Assembly (NCBI GenBank): GCA_003344405.1 | Contig: NOWV01000018.1 | Location: forward strand, 744,001 to 808,000 | Direction of reading: 5' to 3' | Origin: Trichoplax sp. H2 | Taxonomy: Eukaryota | DNA: 64,000 bases | In this document: positions 44,322 to 61,367 of the stretch, piece after piece | Position numbering within the stretch: position 1 is the stretch's first letter | Layout of the letters: each line of letters starts with the position of its first letter | Made by a program: the position numbers and the translations under genes | The notes under the pieces: generated by a model | The model's database searches: none | Told to the model about the DNA's origin: nothing | Seen by the model: only the letters and a program-made list of their open reading frames with translations

Positions 44322-45235
44322 TGTTGACTGTGTCCATTAATCCATTAATGCTAAGTCAGTTTTTCGAGCTAAGAAACTACGGTTAATTCGGCACTAAAAC
44401 TGACTACTGTCCACCCATTTCACCTAATCAGAATGGCCTGTCTATCCCCAGTCTTGTCACAGGCAAAATAGACACCCTAACTTTAATACACTTTACTCGA
44501 CGTGCTTTCAAACGCCGTAGAAATAGGGTCTAGAAAGTCCACTTTGCGTCTAGTTTCTCTACCCTAGACTCAGGCCATTCTCCGGAATTTCTCCCTCTCG
44601 CGATCATCGTGACGTCAAGTTGTCCTTCCTTCTCATAGGCTGAAGAGTGTAAATAGCTTATCCAGGCATAGAATTTGTATAGAGAATCCAATCATTAAGC
44701 CAGTAATTGCTCCCCCTTGTAATTGATTTTCATTAACGTCAGNNNNNNNNNNNNNNNNNNNNTGTTGACTGTGTCCATTAATCCATTAATGCTAAGCCAG
44801 TTTTTCGAGCTAAGAAACTACGGTTAATTCGGCACTACAACTGACTACTGTCCACCCATTTCACCTAATCAGAATGGCCTGTCTATCCCCAGTCTTGTCA
44901 CAGGCAAAACAGACACCCTAACTCTAATACACTTTACTCGACGTGCTTTCGAACGCCGTAGAGTCCTTTTAAAGCAGTTCTGCACCGATAGTCTGGGCGT
45001 CGATAAGGCAATTTATACTGCATTCAATAGGGTCTAGAAAGTCCACTTTGCGTCTAGTTTCTCTACCCTAGACTCAGGCCATTCTCCCTCTCGAGATCAT
45101 CGTGACGTCAAGTTGTCCTTCCTTCTCATAGGCTGAAGAGTGTAAATAGCTTATCCAGGCATAGAATTTGTATAGAGAATCCAATCATTAAGCCAGTAAT
45201 TGCTCCCCCTTGTAATTGATTTTCATTAACGTCAG
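44322..45235. repeat. Near-identical direct duplication (44322-44742 and 44763-45235) flanking a 20-N gap (44743-44762); probable uncollapsed haplotypes
   Basis: Both copies run from tgttgactgtgtcc to cattaacgtcag and abut the gap exactly. They differ by a few SNPs and two indels. Confidence 0.85.
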
Positions 45236-45240
45236 AAAAT

Positions 45241-46218
45241 ATGAGCTCCAATCTATCTTATTTTCCTATCTTTCAACGTAGTAAATTATCCGATGTGGAG
45301 TTACAGTTATGTGGTCAAGTAAGACGGCTAGGGAATACAACAACAGGTGGCTTTCATGGTAGAACTAAACCTCGTCATAAGCGATGGCGAAATCGATATC
45401 GTGGTGTTAGGCGGCAAAATGAAAATTCAAAACGTGGCGGCAATCTATTGAAACAAATGTACTTAGATTTAGGCCAGAAAAAAATCGGTCATACAACTTG
45501 TGCTGTCTGTGGAATGGTCTATACTATTGGCGAGCCGGATGACGAAGATGCACATCGGTTATTTCATGAGCGATTTATAAGTGGTATCCGATTTGTAGGA
45601 TGGAAAAATGAGCATGTTGTTGCTCGATACTTGGATGGTAGGGTTATTATGGTCTTACCGACAGATCATCCTTCTCGTGTTAAGAAAGTCTTGGAGATTA
45701 AAGCTTTAATTGATGATCAATTAGGGATACCAAATCAAGTGAAAGAAACACAACATTGGGATTGTAAAACACTACTCTTTATTTCTAATACTAAAACTGT
45801 AGCAGGCTGCTTAATCGCTGAAGAAGCGGACAAAGCTCGACGCTTGTTACCATCCAAAGTTAACAAGAATAATAATAATAGTCGTCGTCGAACAGTAGCA
45901 AGTAAACCTTCATCGCAAGGCGGTAAGAAAGGCAGACGTATCAACAAATATTCTGCTGATGCGGTATGTTCCAATTTACCGGATTGGTGTTCTGATGAGG
46001 AATTTCCTGTCATATGTGGTGTTAGTCGTGTATGGGTCGATGCACGACATCGTCGAAGTAAAATTGCCACTAGAATGATGGATTGTTTATTAAATAACTT
46101 TGTCTACGGCCATGCTATGGAGAAGTCAGAGATTGCTTTCTCTGCTCCTACTGCCGATGGTAACGCATTTGCCAATCATTATTTTCAATCTACTTCTTAT
46201 TTGGTTTATCATAAGTAA
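45241..46218 (+). CDS. ESCO1/2: Cohesin (SMC3) N-acetyltransferase, Eco1/ESCO family
   Basis: PIP-like QMYLDLGQKK, C2H2 finger CAVCGMVY...HRLFH, and GNAT motifs VAGCLIAE, CGVSRVWV...RRSKIATRMMD, IAFSAPTADG...YLVY. The 5' end is uncertain: possible acceptor near 45281 and an adjacent gap. Confidence 0.92.
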   Translation: MSSNLSYFPIFQRSKLSDVELQLCGQVRRLGNTTTGGFHGRTKPRHKRWRNRYRGVRRQNENSKRGGNLLKQMYLDLGQKKIGHTTCAVCGMVYTIGEPDDEDAHRLFHERFISGIRFVGWKNEHVVARYLDGRVIMVLPTDHPSRVKKVLEIKALIDDQLGIPNQVKETQHWDCKTLLFISNTKTVAGCLIAEEADKARRLLPSKVNKNNNNSRRRTVASKPSSQGGKKGRRINKYSADAVCSNLPDWCSDEEFPVICGVSRVWVDARHRRSKIATRMMDCLLNNFVYGHAMEKSEIAFSAPTADGNAFANHYFQSTSYLVYHK

Positions 46219-47772
46219 CATGGTTGTTTCAACAATCATCTACGGTAAATTCGTAGTTACTGTCGAGTTGAACTCGGAAGGCGCTTTCCCGATCTGAACG
46301 ATCAGGATACAGTGCTATCATATTATATTAGCGTTGGTAACAGTCTTCAAATTACCTCGCACTTAGTGCGTTCTCTACTGTTATATGAATGAATATATAA
46401 AAATTAGCCTTATTCTTTATATGTAAAATTGGGTGCTTTTATGGTGATGTTTTTTTCTTTTAATTCTTAAAATTTAGCTAGACTAATAGAGTACTTGTTG
46501 TTGATAGTTATGGGATCGTTTTTGGATCCTACATTGATCCGGATCTCTTGTAGCTTTTGCAGCTAAAACTTATAGTACCCAAACCCACTAGATAAATTCT
46601 GGAGATGATATCCTTGTAAATACGCGTATATAGTATACAGAATCTACTAGAAAGTATCCTTGATTGATTCACCTTTAACTTTGCTTGACGTAACAGATTG
46701 TATTACATCACTGCTGTTTTGATGTTACAGATCTTCCAATTTAATTACTGATTCTGTCAATCATTAAATAAGGAAGGTATCTTAACTTTCTTGTTTCGTA
46801 CTTTTCTGGTTTTTGCTAGCCTCAACTAAATTAATGAATATCTACTGAGTAAAAAGAGAGTGTAGACGCAGGATAACTGGTAATTGATCCATTGTAAATG
46901 CAATTAATATCTGTAATTACTGCTAATACTGGATGATGACAGATTTAGCTATTTTGGGTCTCTGGTAAATGATTCAATGTAGGCTAAATTATATAGTTAT
47001 TTCAGATGATTGCCGCCAATTCAATAAATAAAAATTTCGATTAATGCAGTAGTTCCACATCACTGAACGAAAATCGCTTGATGATTCAGAAAATGGCTAA
47101 TAGTAGACTTATAATTAGCCTCTAAACGATATCTTAAAGACACGCTTTCAGTAGTTATGAATTGTGTGTTACTCGAAAATGAACGATTAAAAGTTAATCT
47201 TGAGATTCTCGTCCTTTATTACTGGGACATAACGACTGCAGCTTGGATTACTTTATGTCCCAATTATAAAACTTTAAAATCACATTCAATAATTTCTCGG
47301 TCATTGGGTATATACTATATACCCACAATCACTTGTCTACAATATCAATAGGTATCATAATGTTTCACCGTGAAGAAAATCACAAGCATAATGGTAAAAT
47401 TCTCCTTCAAAATAAAATATGGCCATCATTCCAACTCATACTCTTACGCATGTCAGTTCCAAATTCCAATAAACTGTACTTGATATATTCGGGCATAAAA
47501 GAAAAACCCGTCATACAACATCACTACTTCAGAATTAAAATTAAAACTTTCAAGGTAGATTTTAAAATCTTTGATGAAAATAAAACAAATAATAAGCTAA
47601 GCGCTAAGGAATTTAAATACTGGTTTTTTATTAAGCAGATTATATATTAGTAGTCTTTAAGGCTAATTTTATGTCATCACGAAGCTGATATGATATTTAT
47701 AAAAGACAAATATGAAGTAAGCTGATACGAAAATCGGTAAACCAATATCGTAACAGTATTTTCAAACTAGCC

Positions 47773-52006
<4,234 letters not shown>

Positions 52007-52449
52007 GATTGAAAGTTGAGTTTGCTTGATTTTTGCGACGTTTTCTTCTAACTGGTGGATTGGAGCGTATAGTCACTGATACCTACAGTAGGCTAGAACA
52101 GGAGAATGTTGAACAGAGTGGAGACTAATAAGTTGGATAAATAGTTAATTAATTAATTCGGAATTAATCACCCGATCTGGTCTGAGGTATATTTACCTAC
52201 TGTACAGTGTACAGTACAGTACAGTACAGTGCAAAAAGCGTCTCTGAACTCTAGAGGGACAAGGCAAAAACAATCTCTAGGGATTGACCGAATGAATTGT
52301 ACTGTACACTGTTCACTTGTCCAATCACCAGCTGGCATCAACAGGTCAGTACTGTAGAGTTGTACTGTACACTGTACACTAGTGAGTTGTCCGCTTGGCC
52401 ACTGCAATAGAAAGAAAGAAAGCGTGTTATTACGTTTGATGGACACTTT

Positions 52450-53555
52450 GCCCTATGTAGCTTTCCACTCTCGATCTGGCAAGGTTCAATCTTTCCAGCT
52501 GTTGGTGCAGTAGTATTTTGGAATACTGTCAATTATGCTGCAAATAAATTGAAATCATTGCATGCTACTGCACTAAAATTCCCTCCTTGTTAGACTGTAG
52601 AGTAGTACTCATATGTGGGTTTCCAGTGTCGATCTGGCAAGGTTCAATCTTTCCAGCTGTTAGTGCAGTTACTGCAGTAGTATTTTTGAATACTGTCAAT
52701 GAGTGCATGCTGCAAATAAATTGAAATCATTGCATGCTACTGCACTAAATTACCTCCTTGTTAGACTGTAGAGTAGTACTTACATGCCAGTTTCCCACTG
52801 CCGATCTACCAGGGTTGAGGGTTTTCACCTTTTAGTACAGTAGTATTCTTGAATACTGTTAACCATACTGCAAATGAATTGAAATCATTGCATGCTACTG
52901 CACTAATTTACCTCCTTGTTAGACGGTAGAGTAGTACTCATATGTGGGTTTCCACTGCCGATCTACCAGAGTTGAGGGTTTCCACCTTTTAGTACAGTAG
53001 TATTTTTGAATACTGTTAACCATACTGCAAATGAATTGAAATCATTGCATGCTACTGCACTAAATTCCCTCCTTGTTAGAATGTAGAGTAGTACTCATAT
53101 GTGGGTTTCCACTGCCGATCTACCAGAGTTGAGGGTTTCCACCTTTTAGTATAGTAGTATTTTTGAATACTGTCAATTATACTGCAAATGAATTGAAATC
53201 ATTGCATGCTACTGTACTAAAATTCCCTCCTTGTTAGAATGTAGAGTAGTACTCATATGTGGGTTTTCCAGTGTCGATCTGGCAAGGTTCAATCTTTCCA
53301 GCTGTTAGTGCAGTAGTATTTTTGAATACTGTCAATTATACTGCAAATGAATTGAAATCATTGCATGCTACTGTACTAAAATTCCCTCCTTGTTAGAATG
53401 TAGAGTAGTACTCATATGTGGGTTTTCCAGTGTCGATCTGGCAAGGTTTAATGTTTCCAGCTGTTAGTGCAGTAGTATTTTTGAATACTGTCAATACTGT
53501 CAATCATACTGCCAATGAATTAAAATCACTGCATGCTACTGTACTAAATTCTCTC
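52450..53555. repeat. Tandem array of about 158-bp units, 7 copies (last partial), two subtypes in order AABBBAA
   Basis: cgatct anchor at 52472, 52630, 52802, 52959, 53116, 53275 and 53434; units are highly similar. Confidence 0.95.
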
Positions 53556-54193
53556 CTATGTATATAATTATCATTCATCTGTAAGCCTCCCTGAATTATT
53601 AAATAATTGCAAATCGGAAAGACAGTGTGTTATTAGATGTAAAATATGGCAGTAGTTAAGAACCCTTTGGTGAAACGCTGTTAATCATCCAAAATACAGC
53701 AGCTTTAATTTCACTATTTAGTGGTAAACGTTGTAGTTATTTACTGTCGTTATTAATTCGGTTTAGTGTAGGTAAAACCATGTACTGTCCGCATCCATAC
53801 CATACAATCAGTAGCTGATAGTACAAGGTTTAGTTCTGGTTGCAAACTAAACCAAGATTTTTTAGCAATTAAATCCAAACCAACTAATTTACTCGTGTAG
53901 CCTATGCTGAAGAATAGTTGGAGGGGCTGCAAGAACATGGCCGCCTCGCCTAGCGCTTTTCGCCAGTATAGTGTTCTACAATTCTACCAGTACAAGGTAT
54001 TATACAGTACTTACGGCACTGAATGGGGTACACCCATCCTGTACAGTACAGTATAGATCTATAGAAATCAATCAATAACTTACATAACTGCTATACTAAA
54101 ACTAGTAATAATATGCTGCAGTGGTGTACCTCTCATCTTGCTGCATCAAGTACGAGAAGTAATTGGTGCCCACTCTGCAGCTAAAGGCGCGTT

Positions 54194-57100
54194 ATGGCTG
54201 CAGGTTTGGTAGCGACCTTGCGGAAATCAGCAAGGATTTTAGGCAGTAAGTGTTGAGTTAGCAATAAGTGTGTCTATTCGTATAGCATTCTTATATCTGA
54301 ACCCGTTGTAGGCAATTTGTTGCAACTTGCAATCTCGTAAAAGCCACAGTAGAGTGCAGTCTTATTTCAACTTGTACAGGTTATGCAGAACGAGATAGCA
54401 TAGTAAGAGTTTGCCTGGAAGATTTCTTCATAGCTTGTATTAACGTACGATTTCCTACTACAAATGGCTACTATTGTAGCTATAGCCAAGTACAGCTTTG
54501 CAGTGTGTATGAATTATATATGCAGTTTAAATAACACATGGTAGACCAGCACTTATGCTATGTATACGCGTATGTATTGGCATCTTAATTAATAGGGTCC
54601 TACAGCGATCAAGTTGGATATCATAGACTTAAAATTTGGTCGCAGGAAGCTGCTAAACAACCAAATCAAGCATCGACGGATCAAAGTCAAATTCGTATCA
54701 GATTACTGGATGGGCAGCATACATTCGGAACCAGTTACATAACGACTCCTCTTGAGGTTGCTCAAGGTAAGATTCGTTTATCGATTACACAATTATGATA
54801 GTATACTAATGCATTTGAGACTCAAGTAACCGTTGCAATTGACCACCTATTAATCATCTTACCTTTATTGGGATAGCAATTTCAAAGCAGTTATCTAAAG
54901 AAGTTGTCGTTGCTGTTGTTGATAACTCAATCTGGGATCTACAAGCTCCCTTAACTAATGATTGCAGCCTTAAATTATTAAAATTTCGCGATGATCCACT
55001 AGCAAAACAGGTAAAAGTATCACACTGTAAGATCGGTTGTTATGCGTACAATACGCTTAGGTAAATCACTGCAGTTTCGTATTTTGAGAAGTTTAATCAT
55101 ATGAGTAGATTAAGACTGATTTTAGGATGCTATTGAGTTCATATTGTTGACCTCCATCGTGTCATCCATTCCTGCTAGGTATTTTGGCATTCATCATCGC
55201 ATTTGTTAGGTTATGCGATGGAAAAGCTTTATGGTAGTGAGGTTCCAGTACAATTATGTAACGGTCCTCCACTAGAACAAGGTAATGTTTCTCTACCAGA
55301 GGTCTGATGTGTCTTTTTAAAAGAAATCATTTTTATTAATCTAGTCTTTGTACATATAATGCTTATTTTACAGGTGGATTCTATTATGATGCCTATATGG
55401 GCGATAAAACTATAAAGCAGGCAAATGACTATCAATTTCCAATCTTGATTGAGATTTAAACTATAACGTGAACAGTTGTTGACATTAATGGTATTAACAG
55501 TACATAACTGTATGTAGGGGGACTTGAATAAGTTAGAAAAAATTACTGTTGATCTCGTAAAAGAGAACCTTTCTTTTGAAAGAATGGAATTAACTATAAA
55601 TGCTGCACTGGAAATGTTTCGATACAATCCGTAAGTTCTTAATTGCTGAGTAAATCTAGCGTTGTCTACAGTATACATTAAATTTTCGGCTAGGATTATA
55701 CTTACCTCCAAAATTTGTGCCATAAAGGTATAAAATAGAGATTATCAAGAAATTGGATCCTGGTGATACCATAACCGCATATAAGTGTGGAGATTTCATA
55801 GACCTATGTCGAGGGCCACATCTTCCTAGAACAGGAATGATTAAGGCAATTGCTATGACAAAGGAATCCAGTGTGCACAAGAGTGGAGACACTAGTTCTG
55901 TAAGTAGACTGAATGCAAATTTCATGTTATACTCATGCAACACTACAATCAAACTTATTCTGTAAGAGATCTAACCAATGTGATTTTTAGGCGCAACTGC
56001 AGCGCGTATATGGGATAGCGTTTCCGAAAAAAGATCTGGTATTTTAAATCGTTTCTATCACGAACCAAAATTTTATTATTGCTAGTATTCACAGAACTTT
56101 TATTGTCGTTTCTTAACAGCTTAAGGATTGGCTTAAAATGCAACAAGAAGCTAAGGTTCTAGTAGTTATATTTCTATACGCTCTCTTTTATCATCATGTC
56201 TTACATCGATTCATTTTACGAATTGACTCGTTGCTATATTCTATTACAGGAGCGTGACCACCGTACCATTGGAAAAGACCAGAAACTGTTTTTCTTTAAT
56301 CCTTTGAGGTAAAATTAAGTCTATGATTCTATGTGCATACCAATTTTAGAATCATCAGGTAGATTACTTATCATTGGTTAAAAATATTTTCGGTTCGCAG
56401 CCCTGGTAATGCTTTTTTACTGCCACATGGATTGAGAATTATAAATAAATTAAAAAATTTCTTAAAAGATGAATACAGGTAATGGGGAATTATGATATGA
56501 ACTCACTTACAGTTAATGAAATACAGATCTGATTTGGAATTACATTAACTTTGATATTGGTATAACTATCTTCTGAATAGGGTTCGCGGATACCACGAGG
56601 TATGCAATACTAGTAAGCGTAAGCTAATTCTCGTTTTCACATAAGTGCAATAATGCTGTCGTTTTATTGTGTGTATCTTTATATCAATTAATACTCCTAA
56701 GTTTTATCAACTCAAGCAAGGAACAAGAGTAGTGATGAATTAAGATATCATTCTGGATCTTTAGGTAGAAACACCGTTAACTTTTAATCAAGAGCTTTGG
56801 GTGCAATCTGGTCATTGGGATCATTATAGTGACGACATGTTTCGGCTGCAATCTGATCCAGTACATTACTATATATACTACAGCTTGATATCAAATAGTT
56901 ATAACATTCATAATTTGACTGATTTCTAAGTAGGTGAACATTATATTGTGCAGGTCATTACTAAGTTTTATATTTAAATGATATTACTATAGCAAGATCA
57001 TGAAAATCGGGGCTCAATTAGCCTTAAACCTATGAACTGTCCCGGACACTGTCTAATTTTCGGTAATGAGCGACATTCCTATCGTGATCTTCCAGTCCGA

Positions 57101-58994
57101 TTAGCGGAATTTAGCGCTTTGCATAGGTAAGTGACACACAGTTAACGTCAACATGTGTATAATTCAGCATTCTATCGACTTTAGTAGCTTTACATTCATC
57201 TTGTAATGTTGTAATTACAGGCCTTTACAGAGGATTCAAGTATTTATGCTTTACTGACTATAATTGATATTCTTACTGTCAAATAATTAGAGATGAACCT
57301 TCAGGCTCGTTGGGTGGATTAACACGCTTACGTCAGTTTCATCAAGACGATGCCCATATCTTTTGTACTAAAGATCAAATCGGGGAAGAAGTTCAGTAAG
57401 TTCGAGGGTTCAATATTAAGTAAGCTACGGATATCAATATTTTTATTAGCATACGACTATTGAACCTTACACGCACTAAAATAATAGGTTTATTGGACAT
57501 GCAAATGTGTTCACTATTACTATCTGCTAAAGATTATTCTTTTCGATTATTTAGGGATTGTTTGGATTTAATCAATAAGGCGTATTCGATATTCGGTAAT
57601 TAATTGAAAGTATTATTTCCTTCACACCTCTAGATACTTATTTTTATTGTAATAATAGATTTTAATTATACGATGAAGCTATCAACTCGCCCGAAAGGAT
57701 ACCTTGGAGAAACTGCTGTTTGGGAAGAGGCTGTAAGATAGTGCTACAGATTATTTATTTTGCCAAAATTATAGATTTAATAATGCTCGTATTGCTCACT
57801 AAAAGCTGCTTAAATTCAAATGGTTGAAATGATTATTGCATTAATTTTAGGAAAATCGACTAGTTAATATTTTGAATAGCACTGGAAAAGAATGGAGTGT
57901 AAACGATGGAGGTAAGTTATATCTCATATTAACAGGAATATAGCCTAGCTAGCTGTAAGTAACTTCGGCGGTAGTTATGACGTGATTACATTTAAATTTT
58001 CAATAGATGGTGCTTTTTATGGACCAAAAATTGATGTAATGATTCAGGATGCTATTGGCAGGTTTGTTACTACATATTAACATTGATTGCGAGTGATCTG
58101 GTCGATGTAACTGTGACTGCTATAGTTTGCCTTGTTTTTAATTTACAGAAGTCATCAAACTGCTACCATACAACTAGACTTTCAACTACCCAAACGTTTT
58201 AATCTGCAGTTTATGAGTTCGTACATGAAAATTTATTGTGAACATTATTCAATGATGTATAATGACCGTACGTTTAATCAATTTAATACAATATTGCTAT
58301 TGATACTGACAGATTCATCTGGAGAGCTAGAACACCCCGTTATTATCCATCGTAGGTTTTCTATAGAATTATTTAAATTAGAACTAGAAGGAAAAGTTTT
58401 TACCTTACACTTCGTTAATTGTTAGATAATCTTATTTCTATTAGGAGCCATTTTCGGCTCATTTGAAAGATTTTTGGGAATATTGATTGAACATACTGCG
58501 GGAAATTGGCCATTTTGGATAAGCCCGAGACAGGTTACTGTCATATAATGCCAAAATAAATTTTGCTATATTACATTCATTTCTCTTACTAACATTCTTT
58601 GAAATTTTTCAGGTGTCTGTTTGCAGCGTTTCTGAGAGACATAATGATTACGCAAGAGAAATCTGCGACAGCCTTAAGATTAACGGCTTATACGCTGATT
58701 TAGATATTACTGATGTAGTTCTTAATCGAAAAATTCGACTATCGCGTTTAGCTGGTTATAATTACATTGCGGTCGTTGGCAAGGAGGAATTTGAAAGTAA
58801 GTAAAATTTTAAAATTTTTTCTTTTATCATGTGGTCCATAATTAAGCAGGCTTCGCCCTCGTTTTCTAATTCTAGGTAACACCATTAGTGTGCGAACAAG
58901 GACTGGCGATTTTTTACAAAGACAAAATTTATCAGATCTTTTGCAATTCTTTCGTAAACTTAATAGAGTAACTATGGACATATCAGAAGTTTAA
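54194..58994 (+). CDS. TARS2: Threonyl-tRNA synthetase, probably mitochondrial; about 20 short exons
   Basis: Exon 1 (54194-54245) spliced to 54596 gives presequence-like [24 protein letters not shown] domain; [94 protein letters not shown]. Confidence 0.9.
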
Positions 58995-60311
58995 TATTTA
59001 TTCCTAGATTGCGACTTTTATTAATATGCAATACTTATTAAAAAATGACAGTAAAATATCATGTATAAATAGCTACAATGAAAATTTGTTTTAATAAAAT
59101 CGAAATAAAGAGATTACAGGACTTGAATGACTGACTACTGATATTACTGCTACTATCTTATTGATCCCAGCAATACGTTTCTGGTAATGCATACGATGTA
59201 GTTTTGCTCTCTGCAATGTCAGCTACAGCGTTCTGGACGCTTGTGCTATATTTTAAATGTGAATTTGAAACAAGATTTTCTAAAGATTAGATCAGTCAGT
59301 CTGAATACCGAAATACGGTTGTTGGCGGTAAAGCAAGACGTTATCACAAAATCAGGAAGCTATGTTTCATAATGGCATTGTACATCAATCGCAATTAAAG
59401 CAATGGTGCTTTATGCAAATATTAAAAAAATGTATTTATATTAAAACTTTCTAGTATAGATTGTTGAAAAAATACGTAGTGAAAGTTTCGCTCAATTCAC
59501 ATAAAAAATTGCTTTTTGTTTAGTGAATTCACTAATTTTACTTAAACTCTGGGCTATTTGAGCCTTGAACGATCCGATTATGGAGTTAAAAGATATATAT
59601 TGCAATTATAAAGCTACTACGGATAAAATCTAAAATAGTGCTCGTTAGGACTATCATCATTAAAGTAAATTTTATGAACAAGTAAAACAAAATCACATGG
59701 CGGTCACATTTCAGATAAATTCAGTTACTAGCCTTACCAGTTTTAGACTGATAGCTAGTTAACGAGCGCGAGTATGAAGTACCGTAGGCAAAAAGCTAAG
59801 TGTGTAAATACTATTTTACTTATTACATACTTGCATTTAATTATATTATAATATCATAATATATATATATATATAATACATGAAATGTTAAATAGTCAGT
59901 TGAATTGTACTCTTTGCTGTAATGAATGTTGGTCAGATTGCGCTACAGGTTGGTAAAATGATCTTCTACTGAACTAATTCATGATAAAGACCCTTATTCT
60001 ATTGATAGGCATAATCCAATCAATGACTTTATTGATATTACGCGATTGAATTTATTGTGTTTTAGACTGAAATTACCATTTATTTACAGTACTAAAAGAC
60101 AGTAAGTCAGCAGTTCAATCGCATCTTATTACAAAGTAAATACGCTTACGTTTTTGTTACTATGGAATAAAAGAACTGTATTGGCATTCTATTGACGTTT
60201 ATGAATTATGAATAATAATGTTAATTAATTATGAATAAAATTGTCATTGTTTAGAAGGCAATATTATAGTTGATAGTGGCCAAAGCTTAGAAATCACATC
60301 GGTAAAATATG

Positions 60312-60325
60312 ATTACCATAGCAAC
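60312..60325 (-). promoter_or_regulatory. RFX X-box (GTTGCTATGGTAAT) upstream of PPP1R32/SAXO4
   Basis: One mismatch from the GTTNCYATGGNAAC consensus; about 100 bp before a probable 5'UTR donor (G|GTGAGC near 60427). Confidence 0.65.
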
Positions 60326-61367
60326 CGGCAGATCATCAACGCTAGCTCAATTCGAGTAACTTCATCAAGTTTGGCAAAATGAACTAATAGATTTCCTCCA
60401 TTAAGGCAAAAATTGAGAAGAAATTGGTGAGCTTTAGTATTATTAACTAACTACCAATGATTTAAGTTTACGGTTAAGTTATACGATTATCGAAACTTCA
60501 TTTCAATTCACATTAATACCATTTTAATCCATGATTTATACATAATTAGTGTATCGCATTATAAAACGTTCATGGGTATATCAAATTTAATGGCAGAACG
60601 GTGTAGTATAATATGCGATCGAAGAGTATCATCATATCGACAAAATTTCCAACGAATGTTGATATAAATGTCTTTATTTCGCTTAATATTTGAGATTTGT
60701 GTCATTGAGTCCATAACATATGACTGAAATTTATTATGGTATCATAAATATCATTAGAGTAAGGGAAACGTCAAGTACCACAATAATATTAAGCATGCAT
60801 TCGACAAATACTTAAAAGGTTGTTACGAAATTGTCTATAATTACTACAAATTGCAATCTATCGTATGAGATATCTCACATACCCGTAGCGAAATCAAAGT
60901 TGATAGTGATTGTTTATTTGATCGAATATGCGCCAATATACTTGCAAGGCTACTTGAAGAATAAGAGTACTGTAAACAAAAATTTCGATATTTTATGTAA
61001 CTAGGTTCTATCTGTATTTCTATATAATGAAGTGTAGTTCTGTCTAAACTAAATTTCTTGCGTATGCTTTATAATAAGCAACTTGCGGCTATTATGGAGT
61101 TTATGGATCACGTAGTTTGCATTAAGGCAAAGGCAATAGGTTGAGGATAATTTTTACGGGAAGTTTAATGGGATTTGTATGGTCTCTCTTCCACATAATA
61201 TTACTTTAAATATTAATCCATCAATAATTACTTCTGATGCGCTTTCTTAATAAGATTATTTAGTATAATCAATAAAATTTGTGTTTATAAATAACCACTT
61301 TTTTTAATTTATTGCAAAATCGAATATCAAAATAGCAGACATTATAGTGTACGGCCTTTAGAGAACG

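Noticed and set aside
45735-46070. Antisense ORFs overlapping real genes (also 1984-2232, 7643-7891, 55229-55723)
   Set aside because: Shadow ORFs with no family resemblance.
52450-53555. CRISPR-like or protein-coding interpretation of the tandem array
   Set aside because: No unique spacers, no cas genes, eukaryotic context, and a unit length that breaks the reading frame.
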